Of a DNA stretch of 64,000 nucleotides, positions 53,870-64,000 are shown one piece after another. The notes below the pieces were generated by a model. That model saw only the letters and a program-made list of their open reading frames with translations, made no database searches and had not been told where the DNA came from. The translations under genes and the position numbers were made by a program. Each line of letters opens with the position of its first letter. The first letter of the stretch is position 1. The stretch comes from the human T2T-CHM13v2.0 reference genome, Homo sapiens, in NCBI RefSeq assembly GCF_009914755.1, contig NC_060947.1; one strand, written 5' to 3'.

Positions 53870-54410
53870 CTTATTAGTTATCTATTGCTGTACAACAAAT
53901 TCTACTAATTTAGTGACTTAAACAACTCAATTTATAATCACACAGTTTTTCTAAGTCAGAAGTATATGTCGTGACAGGGCTGGATTCTCTAAGGGTTTTA
54001 CCAAGCTAAAATCAAGGTATCAAGCCAGGCTTGTGGGTCACCACTTCTAGAGCCTGGGTGCTCTTCCAGACTCAGTTTGTTGGCAGAATTCAGTTCCTTG
54101 CAGTTGCAGGACTGAGGTCCTGATACTCTTGACATGTGTCCCCTTCATCTGCAAGCCCACAGTGGTACACTGGATCCTTCTCATGCTTCCAGTCCCTCTG
54201 ACTTCTTCTTCTGCGTTACTTTTCTGCCTTTAAGGGCTTGTGTGATCATTAATACATTGTAGCCATCCATATAATCTGGGATAATATCCCCATTTTAAGG
54301 TCAGCCGATCAATAAACTTCATTATGCCTAAAAGTCTCTTGCGATCCAACAACACCACAGACATGACACTAGAAGGTCAAGGTCATCGGGGGCCTAAGTT
54401 GTCCCCACCA
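53870..54410 (-). mobile_element. MLT1D/E MaLR solo LTR
   Basis: 'tattagttatctattgctg...tgttggcagaattcagttccttgcagttgcaggactgaggtcc...ccccattttaaggtcagc...caccaca'. Confidence 0.82.
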
Positions 54411-55272
54411 CAGCTGGCAATTCTGAAGGCATCCACATAAAGAAAGCGGATCATTTGCTGTTCCTGTTGGAATTTCAAGGCCCAGCCATCCGTAGTTGCT
54501 TCTCAGCTTTTCTTCCCAGCGTATTTGGGAAGATGGGAGGGAGTCAGCTGATTAGAATCACAGAGCTATTTCTGATGGGTCTGAAATCCCTCTTGTGGAA
54601 TTCTTGTCTTTTTCTGGGACTTAGGCAGAAATATTTCTTTGAGAAATGGGGAAATGCATCCTGAATTCTAAGAACATGAGCCCCATCTGCTCAGGAGGTA
54701 GGATCTATCATTCATTCCTGTGTTCCTCGATGGTAGGGCCGAGCATGGCCCATGGGAGGCACTCTGGAAATGTTTACTGGAATAAATGAATGGATACATG
54801 AATTGATCCATCCTAAGCATCTTGTATTAGGAGTTTTTGAACTGATATTTATAGTCACCATTTCCTACCAGCTGTTTCCATATACCCCTGAATGCTGGGA
54901 GGCCTCATTCGATTGTCCAGGCTCCCTGTGAGCAATCATAATCATAAAAACCTTGCTTCCCTTCTGAGAAAGCTGGATGGAACATTTGCCTGAAAATTTT
55001 CCCTCCTAATCATTGGTGCTAACATATGCATCTGTTTCTCCTTCCCTATCACCACTCATGCTCCACAGGCTTATACTAATGGCTTCACATGTCTGTGCTA
55101 TGATTAGAAACTGAATTTGTATACTTAGGTCTGGTGTTGAGCCCCAGAATCTACTAGATGTTATTTTTTAACCTGTCAATTTACCAACTATTTGTGAAAT
55201 CTCCTAACCAGATTTCCCATTGACTCCTACGATGAGATTTACATAACTTGATATTTATTTCCACACTATCAA

Positions 55273-55325
55273 TGTGTGCACGTGTGTGGGTGCACGTGCA
55301 TGTGGACACACACACACACACACAC
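55273..55325. repeat. Mixed TG/CA alternating purine-pyrimidine tract
   Basis: tgtgtgcacgtgtgtgggtgcacgtgcatgtggacacacacacacacacac. Confidence 0.85.
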
Positions 55326-56280
55326 TCATTCACCTGCACACACAGTTTCTTTATCCTTGGTTGGCAGATGTGAAAATTCTGACCATTTGTAAGATATTGG
55401 GTGAATTAGAATTTACCAATTATTATTTGGCTTATAACTCAGTCTCCTATGAGTTTGGTTAGTGTAACTTTCCAGAGATCTGCATAAGCCCTGGTTAAAG
55501 TGACCAAATAGAGTTTCTTGATCTGCAGAACTGAGCAGAACTCCTTAGACCTGAGTGATGACAGTCTGCATTTCCCAAAGAAATACTTCTGCCAAAGTTC
55601 CTGGGTACTTCCTCCCAATGGGGTGCTTGCTGCTCCCCTAGGGTCTCAGTCAACCTCAGTCATCTCACTCCCTGTAACAGAGGTCTCAGGAAAATGCTCC
55701 TGCTGTATCCAGATGCATGTTTTCCAAACTCACAGGTTGTGAAATAAGGTTAAGAAAAGGCCTTCCCAGGCCACACTGAGATTCTGCCCTGCATATCTAA
55801 ACACGAAAGCACACAGGGCAACATATATAGCCATGCAAATTTAATCCCCAAACCAGGCTAGAAAGTTGGGGCAATTTTAAGGGGGACAAAAAATCAAAAC
55901 AGTGTTGTCTTTGCAACTCAGTCAAATGTGAACTGTACGTGAGGGGAAAAATGTAAAATTAAATGTACCAGGAAAAATGTTTTCCTGCACTGCCGGTAAC
56001 AGGTAATCAGATGGGATGTTGGCCATGGCCTGGTAGCTACACGTTATTATGCTATCACATACTTTGGACAGTGGCTTTCATTAAGGTTGTGTTTAGTGTT
56101 ATGGAACAAAGATGAATCAAAGCCCCAGTGCCTGTTTTCCTGGATCCTTTCGAATGAAGGACTGCAGAGCCGTTACTTCTCAGCATAAAACTGACACACC
56201 ACAATGCATCTGGTGGTCATTTTTCCCAGTCTTGAAAGTTGCTGATTGAAAAAGAGCAGCATGACATTCTGCTCACCCAA

Positions 56281-57060
56281 CATCACCGTCACTCAGAATA
56301 TCTCCCTGGGTGCAGATGAGAGCTCACAAAAGGTGCTTGTTTTAACAGACAATCACAACGTTTCAGGTGCGTGTGACTGGGTGGATGACATGTTGGCTAG
56401 AAGTCGCGATGCTCGCAGAAGTGCAGTGGGTGCTGGCAGTGAAATGTAAGCTAGCCCTGTAATAAAAGCTCCTGGGAATGCAGAGGATGCCTTGGCATTA
56501 GGCATTCTCCTCGTGTTTCACATAAATGCATCCTGTTCTCAGGAGCCGACGAGCAGTGCATTTGCACTGGCTCATTCAAATTGAATGTTGGTAAAAGGAG
56601 AGTCCTGTGCAAACAGAACAGTCTGGCATCTTTGAAGGCAGGAGCAAGGTTAAGCTATCGGTCGCGTTCTCTGCTGTTTATTAGATGTTATTTGCTGGCC
56701 TCAGTGCGCACCCAAGGTACGTTGCAAAGAGGCACCGATGGGGGCGACTGATGCTTGCAGGGCACCCATGCAATTTTGCCTGGGCTCTTTTGGTCAATAA
56801 AGTTCAAGGCTTCATTTGTGGTTTCACCTGTTGTCTTCAAGCCTGCCGGGGATAATGTTTTGCTGGAAGAGAAAACTCCTCTGGAGAGGAAATTGGTATT
56901 GTATTTTAGTCGTTGTTCTTCTTCTTGTTCAAGGCTACAGCTTTAACTTTGTCACAGCAAGAGTAAGGACAGCGAGCCTGTAGAGAGCTTTTCGCAATGT
57001 GCTTTTTCAATTAGTTTTAACGGGAGCGAAGCATCACCAGCAGCAGTGTTCGCTTGCTCT
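56281..57060 (+). promoter_or_regulatory. Candidate intermediate-CpG promoter/enhancer
   Basis: No recognisable repeat; 23 CpG in 780 bp by hand count, visibly above the flanks; TATA-like CATAAAT at 56521; dyad motifs; donor sites at 56717 and 56963. Confidence 0.55.
56855..56962 (+). CDS. Candidate first coding exon encoding a signal peptide/signal anchor, MFCWKRKLLWRGNWYCILVVVLLLVQGYSFNFVTAR
   Basis: ATG with A at -3 (gataATG); basic n-region, hydrophobic WYCILVVVLLLV, polar QGYS c-region; exactly 108 nt to AGA|gtaagg phase-0 donor; unspliced read-through stops at 56983. Confidence 0.5.
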
Positions 57061-58299
57061 CTAGTCATGTGCTGTGAGGAATAAAGACTCTGTAGGGCAG
57101 TGAACCTGAACTTGGCCTATTCATCCATACTGCATTGAGTGATTGCATGGAGTGGAGTCAAATGCCACTTGGGGGTGAAGAGCACTCATCATCTTGCATT
57201 CCTGCTGGATATATTAGGAAGGACCCTTGACAGAATCCAGTAATTCAAAGGTAAACCATGAAGTGTGCGCTGTGTGTAGGAACATGTAAGCTGAGGGGAG
57301 ATTGCACGGAGAAAGAGGGAGTTATATTTCACTTTTGGGGGAATGATGTATGTCTTAGATTTTCTTGGCCAATGGATCAGTAGAGAAAGGGAGAGATTTT
57401 CTCTTGCTGCTGACTTATTGGTCAGAAGTTACTTTTCCACATGATGATATATTTTCTTGGCCCCAAGTACTCAGAACTTTATTGTACTTCTGTCCCTGAA
57501 ACAGGAGTGTTTTTAGTGAGAATCCTGGTGAAAAGCGAAGTTTTGACCACAGAAATGAATTAGTACATTCTTTGCTGCCTCTGTGTTCTTTTAGGTGAAA
57601 TCTCATCTTAAGAATGCATTTGGTGTTTTGAAGTAGTGGTTCTAATTGTTTACTTTCCCAAAATCTGTAAGAAATGGCTTTCAGAGACACAAAAAACCCT
57701 GCAAAATGTGACTTTTGCCTTAGATTCCTTTCTAAAGATATATAGTTTACCACATTCCTTAGGGGGCAATCTTGAGGAGAGGGTGAAGCTCTAAGTTAAA
57801 ACATGTCAACCACTTAATGAAATTTAGTACCATCTTTTGTAAATGATTTTTACATGTGTTTGTTAGGTTTAAATCAAGACTCTCTGAAGCAAGCAATATC
57901 TTTGGCAATATAAATTCCGTGCAAGTAATTGATGAATTTTGTGACTATAAACTTGTGCCTAGTAAATCTCTTGTCCACCTCTTTGAGCTCTTTTACATGC
58001 TGCATTAAAAATAGAAGGATAGGTTTTAATTAAACTAGGTATTGGATTTGCCCTCAGGGAGCTGAAGTGCAGTTATGTGGACATGTGAGTCCATGGTTTC
58101 CAATATACTTATCATATAAATTGCAATTTAAAAATAAATAAGTCTGCTGCTCTTTAGATCTTCAAGGTATTTTCTTTTATCACCCTGTACAACAGAATCT
58201 ACTGAATATTTGTTTCAATGAATACTCAATTGAATAGACACATGATAATTTGTAATATGTTATAAATTTATATATAATATACATTTTATTGATATGCTG

Positions 58300-58301
<2 letters not shown>

Positions 58302-58345
<44 letters not shown>
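58302..58345 (+). repeat. (GT)22 microsatellite
   Basis: Directly visible. Confidence 0.98.
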
Positions 58346-58347
<2 letters not shown>

Positions 58348-60309
58348 CTTTCAGAGGGCTTTTTCAAATGTTAGATTGGGAGCAAGGCAATTTGTCAGCA
58401 GCAGAGTTAGTTAGCAAAACAGAATAAAGCATTCTTGGCATATAAATATTGGCTCTCAAAAAGAAGAGAGATGTTCAAGTATGCATCATTCAATGGTATT
58501 TCACTTGAGAAACAATGCTGGTGATTACTCAAGGATTCATTATGTCATGAGTGTAGATTGACACGTAGATTGAAGTTTCAGCACCAAAACCTGTGCATCT
58601 GATCTGAGAATGAGAAGCTGGGAATTGGGACAAAAATTTTGAGGAGAGAATGCAAAGTCTCCGGGGGAAATCAGTATTGGAAGTTTTAGCTTCTAATGGA
58701 TTCCACTCTGGTACTAGGGCTCAACCGTATGGTAACTTGGTAGGAAAAATGATTTTGTTTGATGACACATTCTTCAATTGTTCTGAGCCTATAAAAGCGT
58801 ATCTATCTTTTCCACTCCGTTTTGATTATTTAATGTTTTGTTTAAGGTACCAGTTAGGTTCTCCCAAGGAATAATTTTTTTGTGAGTTTTTCAAGGTATA
58901 AATATGCAGTTGATGGCAAAATGTCAAAGTAAAAAGCAAATACTTTATAAAATATGTTACTAGATTTTCAGAAATACAGCTTTGCAGAATGAGTACTGTG
59001 TTTAGAAAAGTGCAAGCTCAAAGGGCAAAGCAGAAGAGGACTCATACCAGTTTTTCCTCATTTTCATTTGAAATTGAAGTGTTATTATCTTCTTACCTTT
59101 AATTAGAGTATGTACAGCTGCATGACAGTAGAAAAGAGGGAAAATAAGCTGGGCCTTTGTTCCAGAATATTTCAGTTAACTTGGATGAGCAATTTAGTTT
59201 CTGTCATGGGAACTATTTTGCTTGAACTAAAGCAAGTATCTCTTCCACCCGTGAAAGGTGTCCAGAGCCCCACTGGGACTGCAAGTTGCTGCAATAATCA
59301 TTTCTTTGAGGACCCGACCTTGCGTTGCCTGTTAAAACAGCTGGGAAGAGTTCTGTGATGCTGGAAGTCAGAAACGCCTGTGCTTGATTTATTTCCTAAC
59401 ATGATTGATCAAAGCAATTGTGATATCTTATATTATTTACAGAGCAGCCTTTTGTGAAGAGTCCGGAGTGGTTTTTGGACATTATCTAATTATCAGAATG
59501 GCACAGGGAAATAGAGAGCTCATAGTCTCTCCACTGTACGGTTGAGAGGACAGAGAGACAGGCAAAGCAATTTATCTGAGATGATTCAGAAAAATGTTCA
59601 CATACAGCTAGAAAATGAGCCAAGGTGAGTTATATGGATGAGTCTGGGGGCTTCTGTCTCTAAAGCCCAGTTGGCTCTCAGGGTGCCCTCTAGAGTCCTC
59701 AGCCAAAGAGGAACATATTCTATATAAACTTTAAGGACTCCATCCCAACAATTTGTGGTTATAGGATTCCAGTGATCTGTCTGACGTCTGTGATGATCAA
59801 CTGGAGTGAAAGCAATGAAAGACATGCCTGTGGGCTGCAAAAAACTGGGGTCACAGAATTATTAGTGAATGTCACTGGAGGTCTTCACAGCCAATACAGA
59901 AAGCAACAGGCCATATGATTTCCTCATGTTTAGACTTGAAAAATATTTGAACCCTATCCAGAGGCCTGTGAACTGTAGAGGAGAGAATCAGGATGCTTTC
60001 TCGTCCTTGATATACGAACTATGAAACTGTAAGGAAACATGCTTCCTTCAGTGTTTCAACTTTTATGTATTAAGGCAGGCCAAGTTTGCTCAAAGTTGAT
60101 TAAAATTATTAGGAAATTAGGCAAAAGTGTTCTTATAACTCATGAAGTGTTATTCTCTTTACTTTATTAAAGTGTTTTTTTTGGGGAAGAAATTGTATCC
60201 TAGTTACAAGATAAGAATATGATTTCACGTACATACAGTTAGCAAATATATACCAAAGTAGTTGCATCTTAGCATCTTATTTAGATTCACATGCAGTTGG
60301 ATGGCAAGC

Positions 60310-60319
60310 GGGACTTTCC
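60310..60319 (+). promoter_or_regulatory. Perfect canonical NF-kB site GGGACTTTCC
   Basis: Exact match to the Ig-kappa/HIV kB decamer; function untested. Confidence 0.35.
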
Positions 60320-61133
60320 AGAAGACCATTACAAATTGACACTGTTCTGGCTATGGTCAAATTATAAATGGACTGCTGACACGATAATCCAGAGGTAGAG
60401 TCTGAGCAGATGGATCCTAGAAGGAAGATCTGGAAAATGGAGTAACTATACCAGGGGATGAGAACAAATAATCCATAAGAAGGTCTTCACCCATGGCCTG
60501 GAACCCAATGGTGTGCTCATGTGCTGCCTCTGAATCTGAACAGGTGGGGAAGCATGCTCAGAGGAAGGCAACATAGAAACAGAGCCACAGGGGAGAGTGG
60601 ACCAGGCTTGAGACTTTCAGAGGAGGAGGAAAGACCAAAGGACTGGGGAAGAGCAAGAAGACCTGGTGGAGAATGAAGGAGCCCAAAAAACCCCTACAGA
60701 CACAGGTGCTGAGAGTCAGGGACAGAAACACAAAGTCTAGTGGTGAAGGCAGCTCTTTGCACCCAAGTAGAAAGGCTGATGTGAGATGAGAATTTCAGTG
60801 AGCAGAACATAAAACTCCCTAATTAGTCAGTTTTAAAGACTGCAAGGAAAGCAACAAGACATGCTTAGGAGAAATGGATAAGAGAGAAAGGACCCTCTTT
60901 TCCTGTGAACATGGGTAGCTGAGAAACATAGGGGTTAGGAAAAATGGGGTGACCCAGAAATAGAGGACAGAGATCCAAAGGATCGCCGGGCAGAGGGGTA
61001 TGATACTGGCAGGGCTGGGAAGCAGAGAGGGCTCAGAGGAAATGCTGTGAGTGCCCACTGTGGATTGCATACTTGGGGATGCTGTGACCCAGAGAAGCTG
61101 GGGGCTTTTCTCACCTACACTTGGTGACTCTCC

Positions 61134-61235
61134 TAGCATAGCATAGCATAGCATAGCATAGCATAGCATAGCATAGCATAGCATAGCATAGCATAGAGCA
61201 TAGCATAGCATAGCATAGCATAGCATAGCATAGCA
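61134..61235 (+). repeat. (TAGCA)n pentanucleotide repeat, 12 + 1 interrupted + 7 units
   Basis: Directly visible; gives the MLCYA ORFs. Confidence 0.98.
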
Positions 61236-61928
61236 AGCAATAATTGTTTGCTGAAAAAAAGCAAACTTCTGTGCTGGGTGTTGCTTACATATGATGGTCC
61301 ATCCTCCTTTCTAGGGCAGTCCTCAGGACTACCGAGGAATGTGGGGAATGACTTGCCCAGCATCCCCAATTTTAAAATTGTGCCCACTGCCCAGCCCCAG
61401 CATCCCCTATCTATCATCTCTCAGCCTTGTCTTAATCAGAAGCACTCACCACCAGTTGACATACTATATGTGTTAATTGTTTGTTAAACATGAGAATGGA
61501 GGTTCCCTCCTGGTAGCAATTGTCTATCTTGTACACTGCTTTCTCCCCAGAGCCCAAAACAGGGCTGTAAACATAATAGGGACTCGGAAAACGTTTGTTG
61601 GATCAATGGCTTGCTCCTAATTCATCTTGTTTATAGCCCTTCTCTGGAACTTTTCCCATAGGGCTGGTATTACCTATATTCTGTGCTCTACCCCCTGCCC
61701 CAAACAGGGGCAGCAAATTATGTCGTACTAGTTTTTAAAAATGCTCAGTGAGTAGGATAGCTCCTTACATCTGTGGAGGTACCTAATAAATATTTACAAA
61801 GCTGAGATTATTTCAAAAAAACATAGGCATGATTTCCATCCTTAAAACTTAAAATGTTATAGTCAGACTCACTTAGAGCATAGCACATAGACAGAAAATT
61901 CCCTAATACTAGGAGAATATATTTAAAC

Positions 61929-62155
61929 TAATTGTTCTCAAACAAGGGAGATTTTGCCACCTTCCCTCTCCCCTGGGGATACTTTGGAAACATCTGGAGA
62001 CATTGTCACATCTGGTGGTGGGGGCAGGCAGTGCTACTGGCCTCTAGTGGCTGAAATCTAAGGATGCTGCTAAACCTCCTGCAGTGCGCAGGACCCCTCC
62101 CATCAGAGAAACATCTGGCTCCAAATCTCAATAATGCCAATGTTGAGAAACCCTG
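61929..62155 (+). mobile_element. MER20 hAT-Charlie MITE, full length
   Basis: TIRs gttctcaa...ttgagaaaccctg; 8-bp TSD atttaaac/atttaaaa. Confidence 0.9.
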
Positions 62156-62214
62156 ATTTAAAATAAAACCCTAATCACATTGTTTTATGACGATTTTTAT
62201 TATTCATCTCTGTT

Positions 62215-62690
62215 TTCCATTGAATTCTGTGCTTCTGGGTGGCAGTGGTTTGTCTTACTCATGCCTGCGCCGCCTGAGTTCAGCACGACGCCTAGCATAT
62301 ATTAGGTTTTTAATAAATGAGGGCAAACTGATGAATGAATGAGTGTTAATGATGCCAGTAAAGGTGCTCCAGGCTCCTCTTTGAAACAACAGTATATTTA
62401 GAAACTGCATTTCTAATCAAACACTTGACGTGAAATAAATAATCAATAGGTTCAATGACAAGTTGCAGAAGCAGAGACACGGCAGCCACACATTCTTGTC
62501 TTTATTGAAGAAGTCTACGGAGCCTCGTGTCATGGAATATTAGCACTGAAGGGGACCCAAGAGGTCATTTAGTTCAACCCTTTTAAGTTACAGGTGAGAC
62601 CACTAGAACCCAGGGAGATGAAAGGATTGGCCTAAGGTCTCACAGTTGGATGCCAGAACTGGAAGTAAAATTGTTTCTAACTCATCACCT
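62215..62690. mobile_element. L2 3' end (+, ~62215-62345) and MIR (-, ~62530-62690)
   Basis: 'gcctagcatatattaggtttttaataaatg...atgaatgaatga'; 'ttacaggtgagaccactagaacccagggag...ttggcctaaggtctcacag'. Confidence 0.65.
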
Positions 62691-62888
62691 TGGCATGCTT
62701 TCATGGTGCTAAGCTGCCTCCATTATATCAGCCCCACAAAAATTGGCACAACAGATTGTTGTGATTACATGAGGTACCACCCCCAATGTAGCATTGAATG
62801 TAACACATACAAAGTATATCTTTATCGTATTGTAGAATTTGACCTCGAACTAATATGCTAGGCATTACCATCATTAATATAAAATTTA

Positions 62889-63188
<300 letters not shown>

Positions 63189-64000
63189 GACTTACAATAA
63201 TGGAATGTTAGACCTGGATGAAGCCTTGGTAACTGTCTGGCAGACCGCTGTATCCCTGGACAAGGAGGAAAGAGATCAGGAGCTTTATCCAGAGTCATAG
63301 AAAGAGGTCACTGGATCTCTCTACTCTGTGCCCTTTTTCACAATGGGATGTTTTCCTAAAATTAGTTGCAGAGTATTACAGGAAAACAAGGTTATACCTT
63401 CAGATAAATTTAGAAAATGCAAGGGTAAACAAAAATAAGTAGGTATGTTTGCCAGAGGACATCCCAGAGTTTTACGTATATTGAGTACCACTCTAAGAAG
63501 GAGATGTAATGCATGGCTCCTCTAAAAGTTATTAATTAGGAAATAATTTATTAGATGCACCAGTGTTCCTCAGAATATAACTTGAAAAGAGGCTGTCCCA
63601 CTTCTTCCAACCTATCTAATTGATAGAAATTAAGCAGCAGGCCTGCTTAGATTTCAGAGGGACTTTTAGGCAGACTTCGGATGGCTGATGTCTTTTTTTT
63701 CCCCCATATCTTTTGAGAAAGCTGTCCAGAGGAGTTTGATTCTTTATGTTCTGTTTCTCATGGTATGTTTCCCAATTGTAAGTCAAGGTTTCAGAGTTAT
63801 TCCTGTGACAAGTCTTGCAGAAACAGGTATGGAAGCACAGTAAGGTGGAAAGACACTGGGCTAGAAGTCGGAGGGTGGTGCCTTGGCACATCAGCTAACA
63901 TCTATTGGTTATCAGTGAAATTGGACATGACCTGAATGGCCTTAAGTGCAGAATTTCAGTGTAATCACATGACATTGTGGGGCTAGGCAGTTTAAAGAGC

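Noticed and set aside
56755-56946. 63-aa track ORF overlapping the candidate exon
   Set aside because: TTG start and no recognisable features; the ATG frame at 56855 explains the region better.
60819-61417. MLCYA-repeat ORFs (and the HPSI ORF at 23677-23988)
   Set aside because: Translations of the (TAGCA)n and (GGAT)n microsatellites.

Overview
This is a primate (human-like) autosomal-type non-coding window, and I could not identify the locus or any gene symbol. It is dominated by interspersed repeats: 9 Alu/FLAM, a 1.07-kb L1PA 3' end, older L1M/HAL1, many L2/MIR, MaLR/ERV solo LTRs and hAT/TcMar MITEs. Repeat subfamily names come from recalled consensus sequences and need RepeatMasker/Dfam confirmation. 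There is no tRNA, rRNA, CRISPR array or multi-exon CDS, and nearly all ORF-track entries are repeat-derived or chance ORFs. Five signals stand out. (1) A repeat-free, CpG-enriched segment at ~56.3-57.1 kb holds a 36-codon ATG ORF that looks like a signal peptide/signal anchor (MFCWKRKLLWRGNWYCILVVVLLLVQGYSFNFVTAR) and ends exactly at a phase-0 GT donor. It is a candidate alternative promoter/first exon and is too short for the ORF track. (2) A 247-bp, ~95%-identical inverted copy of unique local DNA has been pasted into an MLT1G LTR (5934-6180 vs 6740-6986). (3) A 391-bp orphan insertion with a 13-bp TSD splits an old L1. (4) A perfect 97-bp AT-rich palindrome lies in a TA minisatellite. (5) A MER53 has an internally triplicated 42-bp unit carrying a miR-1302-like 21-mer.
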